Notes under the pieces: model-generated
What the model was told of the DNA's origin: nothing
The model's input: only the letters and a program-made list of their open reading frames with translations
Databases searched by the model: none
Translations under genes and position numbers: made by a program
IMG/VR virus record: IMGVR_UViG_3300033076_001145
Location: 96,001-160,000 of that record
From: a virus
Lineage: Duplodnaviria > Caudoviricetes
DNA length: 64,000 nt
Reading direction: 5' to 3' (one strand)
Shown here: positions 63,368 through 64,000 of the stretch, piece by piece
Layout: each line of letters opens with the position of its first letter
Numbering within the stretch: the first letter of the stretch is position 1

Positions 63368-63685
63368 TTAATAAGGAACCATTAATATGGGTACCTCATT
63401 TCTTAAATAACTTTGAACAACCATTACATCACTTATTTTAAATTTGTGTTTAATCCACAAACCTATAATTTTTTGAGAATCTTCTTTAGATATAGAAAAG
63501 AAAGAAGAGACTTCCTTACACAAATTATCAGACATCCCAACCCAAGGGATATCATAATCAAATCTAATTTGAGCATATTCATCACCTTCTGAATTAACGA
63601 AGTATATTTCCTCCTCCCCATCAATCTGAATGAAGTCCTGACTATCTAAATAAGAAAATATTACTCTTTCTAAATCTTTGTCCAT
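63368..63685 (-). CDS. Family B paralog with eroded repeat region
   Basis: Family body; ends ILMVPY, comparable to LRIPN. Confidence 0.7.
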   Translation of the reverse strand: MDKDLERVIFSYLDSQDFIQIDGEEEIYFVNSEGDEYAQIRFDYDIPWVGMSDNLCKEVSSFFSISKEDSQKIIGLWIKHKFKISDVMVVQSYLRNEVPILMVPY

Positions 63686-64000
63686 GAAATTTAATGGGTA
63701 TTATCCTTTAACATCCTCTTCTTCATCATCATATTCCTCAAAGTCGTAATCACTGTATTCGTCATCATCATATTCATCTTCATCATATTCATCCCCCTCT
63801 GAATCTACTTCAACTCCTTTGGTAACATATCCGATTTTTTGGAATGGTTCTCTATCTTCATGTCTTGCTTTATAAAACCAATCATTCAACATAGATAATA
63901 GATTATCCTTACCAATTAACTTTTGTAATTTACTACTGACAAGGATGGTTTTACCCAATATTAGTTTTCTAGATGAATTAACACTATACCATTCATATAA

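Noticed and set aside
63701-63958. Asp/Glu/Tyr tail as a meaningful repeat
   Set aside because: Low-complexity acidic tract; the gene probably begins beyond the window edge.
1-64000. cas genes or self-matching protospacers in the window
   Set aside because: No Cas1/2/9/13 motifs were recognised and no spacer match was spotted by eye; this was not exhaustive and needs a computed search.
1-64000. Stop-codon recoding
   Set aside because: Conserved genes (dnaK, thyA, purA, glnII) are uninterrupted in the standard code.

Overview
This 64-kb window is AT-rich (roughly 30% GC by eye), densely coding, and uses the standard genetic code. It looks like part of a large/jumbo tailed phage of a Bacteroidota host: many genes have TAnnTTTG promoter boxes, and there is a T9SS-CTD protein plus DUF2452- and DUF3307-like genes. 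No structural, cas or reverse-transcriptase genes are visible. It holds auxiliary metabolic genes (rmlD-like, folA, purA, glutamine synthetase II, thioesterase, thyA, mgsA, dnaK), an RNA-repair region, an Acb1-like 2H phosphoesterase, a two-component signalling cluster, three free-standing homing endonucleases, tRNA-Leu(UAA) with a group I intron, and a CAT-anticodon tRNA. The main finding is a large paralogous family of ~100-aa proteins whose 3' coding ends are a 36-bp CRISPR-like repeat (G[G/T]TG...CA[A/C]C, resembling Bacteroidota type II-C/VI-B repeats). Unique 29-31-bp spacers follow it. There are two long, fully in-frame arrays (9673-10228 and 10460-11081; 8 and 9 spacers, all 30 bp) and seven mini-arrays at gene ends. 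Repeat boundaries are set at DNA level and the arrays decay away from the gene body, yet all 25 spacers are stop-free in the gene's frame. This suggests translated CRISPR-like arrays, possibly spacer acquisition co-opted to diversify proteins and/or to supply guide or decoy RNAs. All calls were made by eye; no database searches were run.
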